Translations under genes and position numbers: made by a program
Shown here: one piece after another, positions 63,861-64,000 of the stretch
Layout: every line of letters starts with the position of its first letter
Position numbering within the stretch: the stretch's first letter is position 1
NCBI RefSeq assembly: GCF_006345805.1
Contig: NC_043000.1
Span: forward strand, 156,178,001-156,242,000
Length of the DNA: 64,000 nucleotides
Reading direction: 5' to 3'
Origin: Octopus sinensis
Lineage: Eukaryota
Notes under the pieces: model-generated
Databases searched by the model: none
What the model was told of the DNA's origin: nothing
The model's input: only the letters and a program-made list of their open reading frames with translations

Positions 63861-64000
63861 CTGAGAGAGAATGGGCTAAAATTGAAAAAAATAACATTTA
63901 CTAGGTATTTTACTAGTAGCTGTACCCAGCCTAACCTGGGTTTATTATTTATTAATACCTAAAGTTTATAAAGCACAGGTTACATCAAGTAAATACCTAA

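Overview
Repeat-rich, AT-rich eukaryotic genomic DNA. The SINE and microsatellite repertoire looks like a coleoid cephalopod (Octopus-like); this is inferred from repeat character, not verified. The right half (about 28.95-63.86 kb, minus strand) holds the last ten coding exons and a probable ~2.7 kb 3' UTR of INTS7 (Integrator subunit 7). All ten exons are GT-AG and phase-consistent, and the gene continues beyond the window end. The left half is intergenic and made of transposon layers: Helitron helicase remnants, an R4/Dong LINE end in (TAA)n, a mariner fragment, a decayed CsRn1-like Gypsy element, and a Tx1-like LINE end in (GATA)n. It also contains a very young compact LTR retrotransposon (18248-21983, TSD ATTAC) nested in a Merlin-type MITE. 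The most unusual observation is in that LTR element: it has no TGG-type primer-binding site. Instead the 12 nt directly after the 5' LTR are the exact reverse complement of the first 12 nt of metazoan tRNA-Phe, which suggests priming by a short 5' tRNA fragment. The element also has a GGGAAAC slippery site followed by an H-type pseudoknot at the gag/pol junction. INTS7 introns contain a TRIM-like mini LTR element with a poly-Q gag stub, a CpG-rich solo LTR, an interleaved double inverted repeat, several MITEs and many SINEs. Most short ORFs in the supplied track are SINE or microsatellite artefacts.
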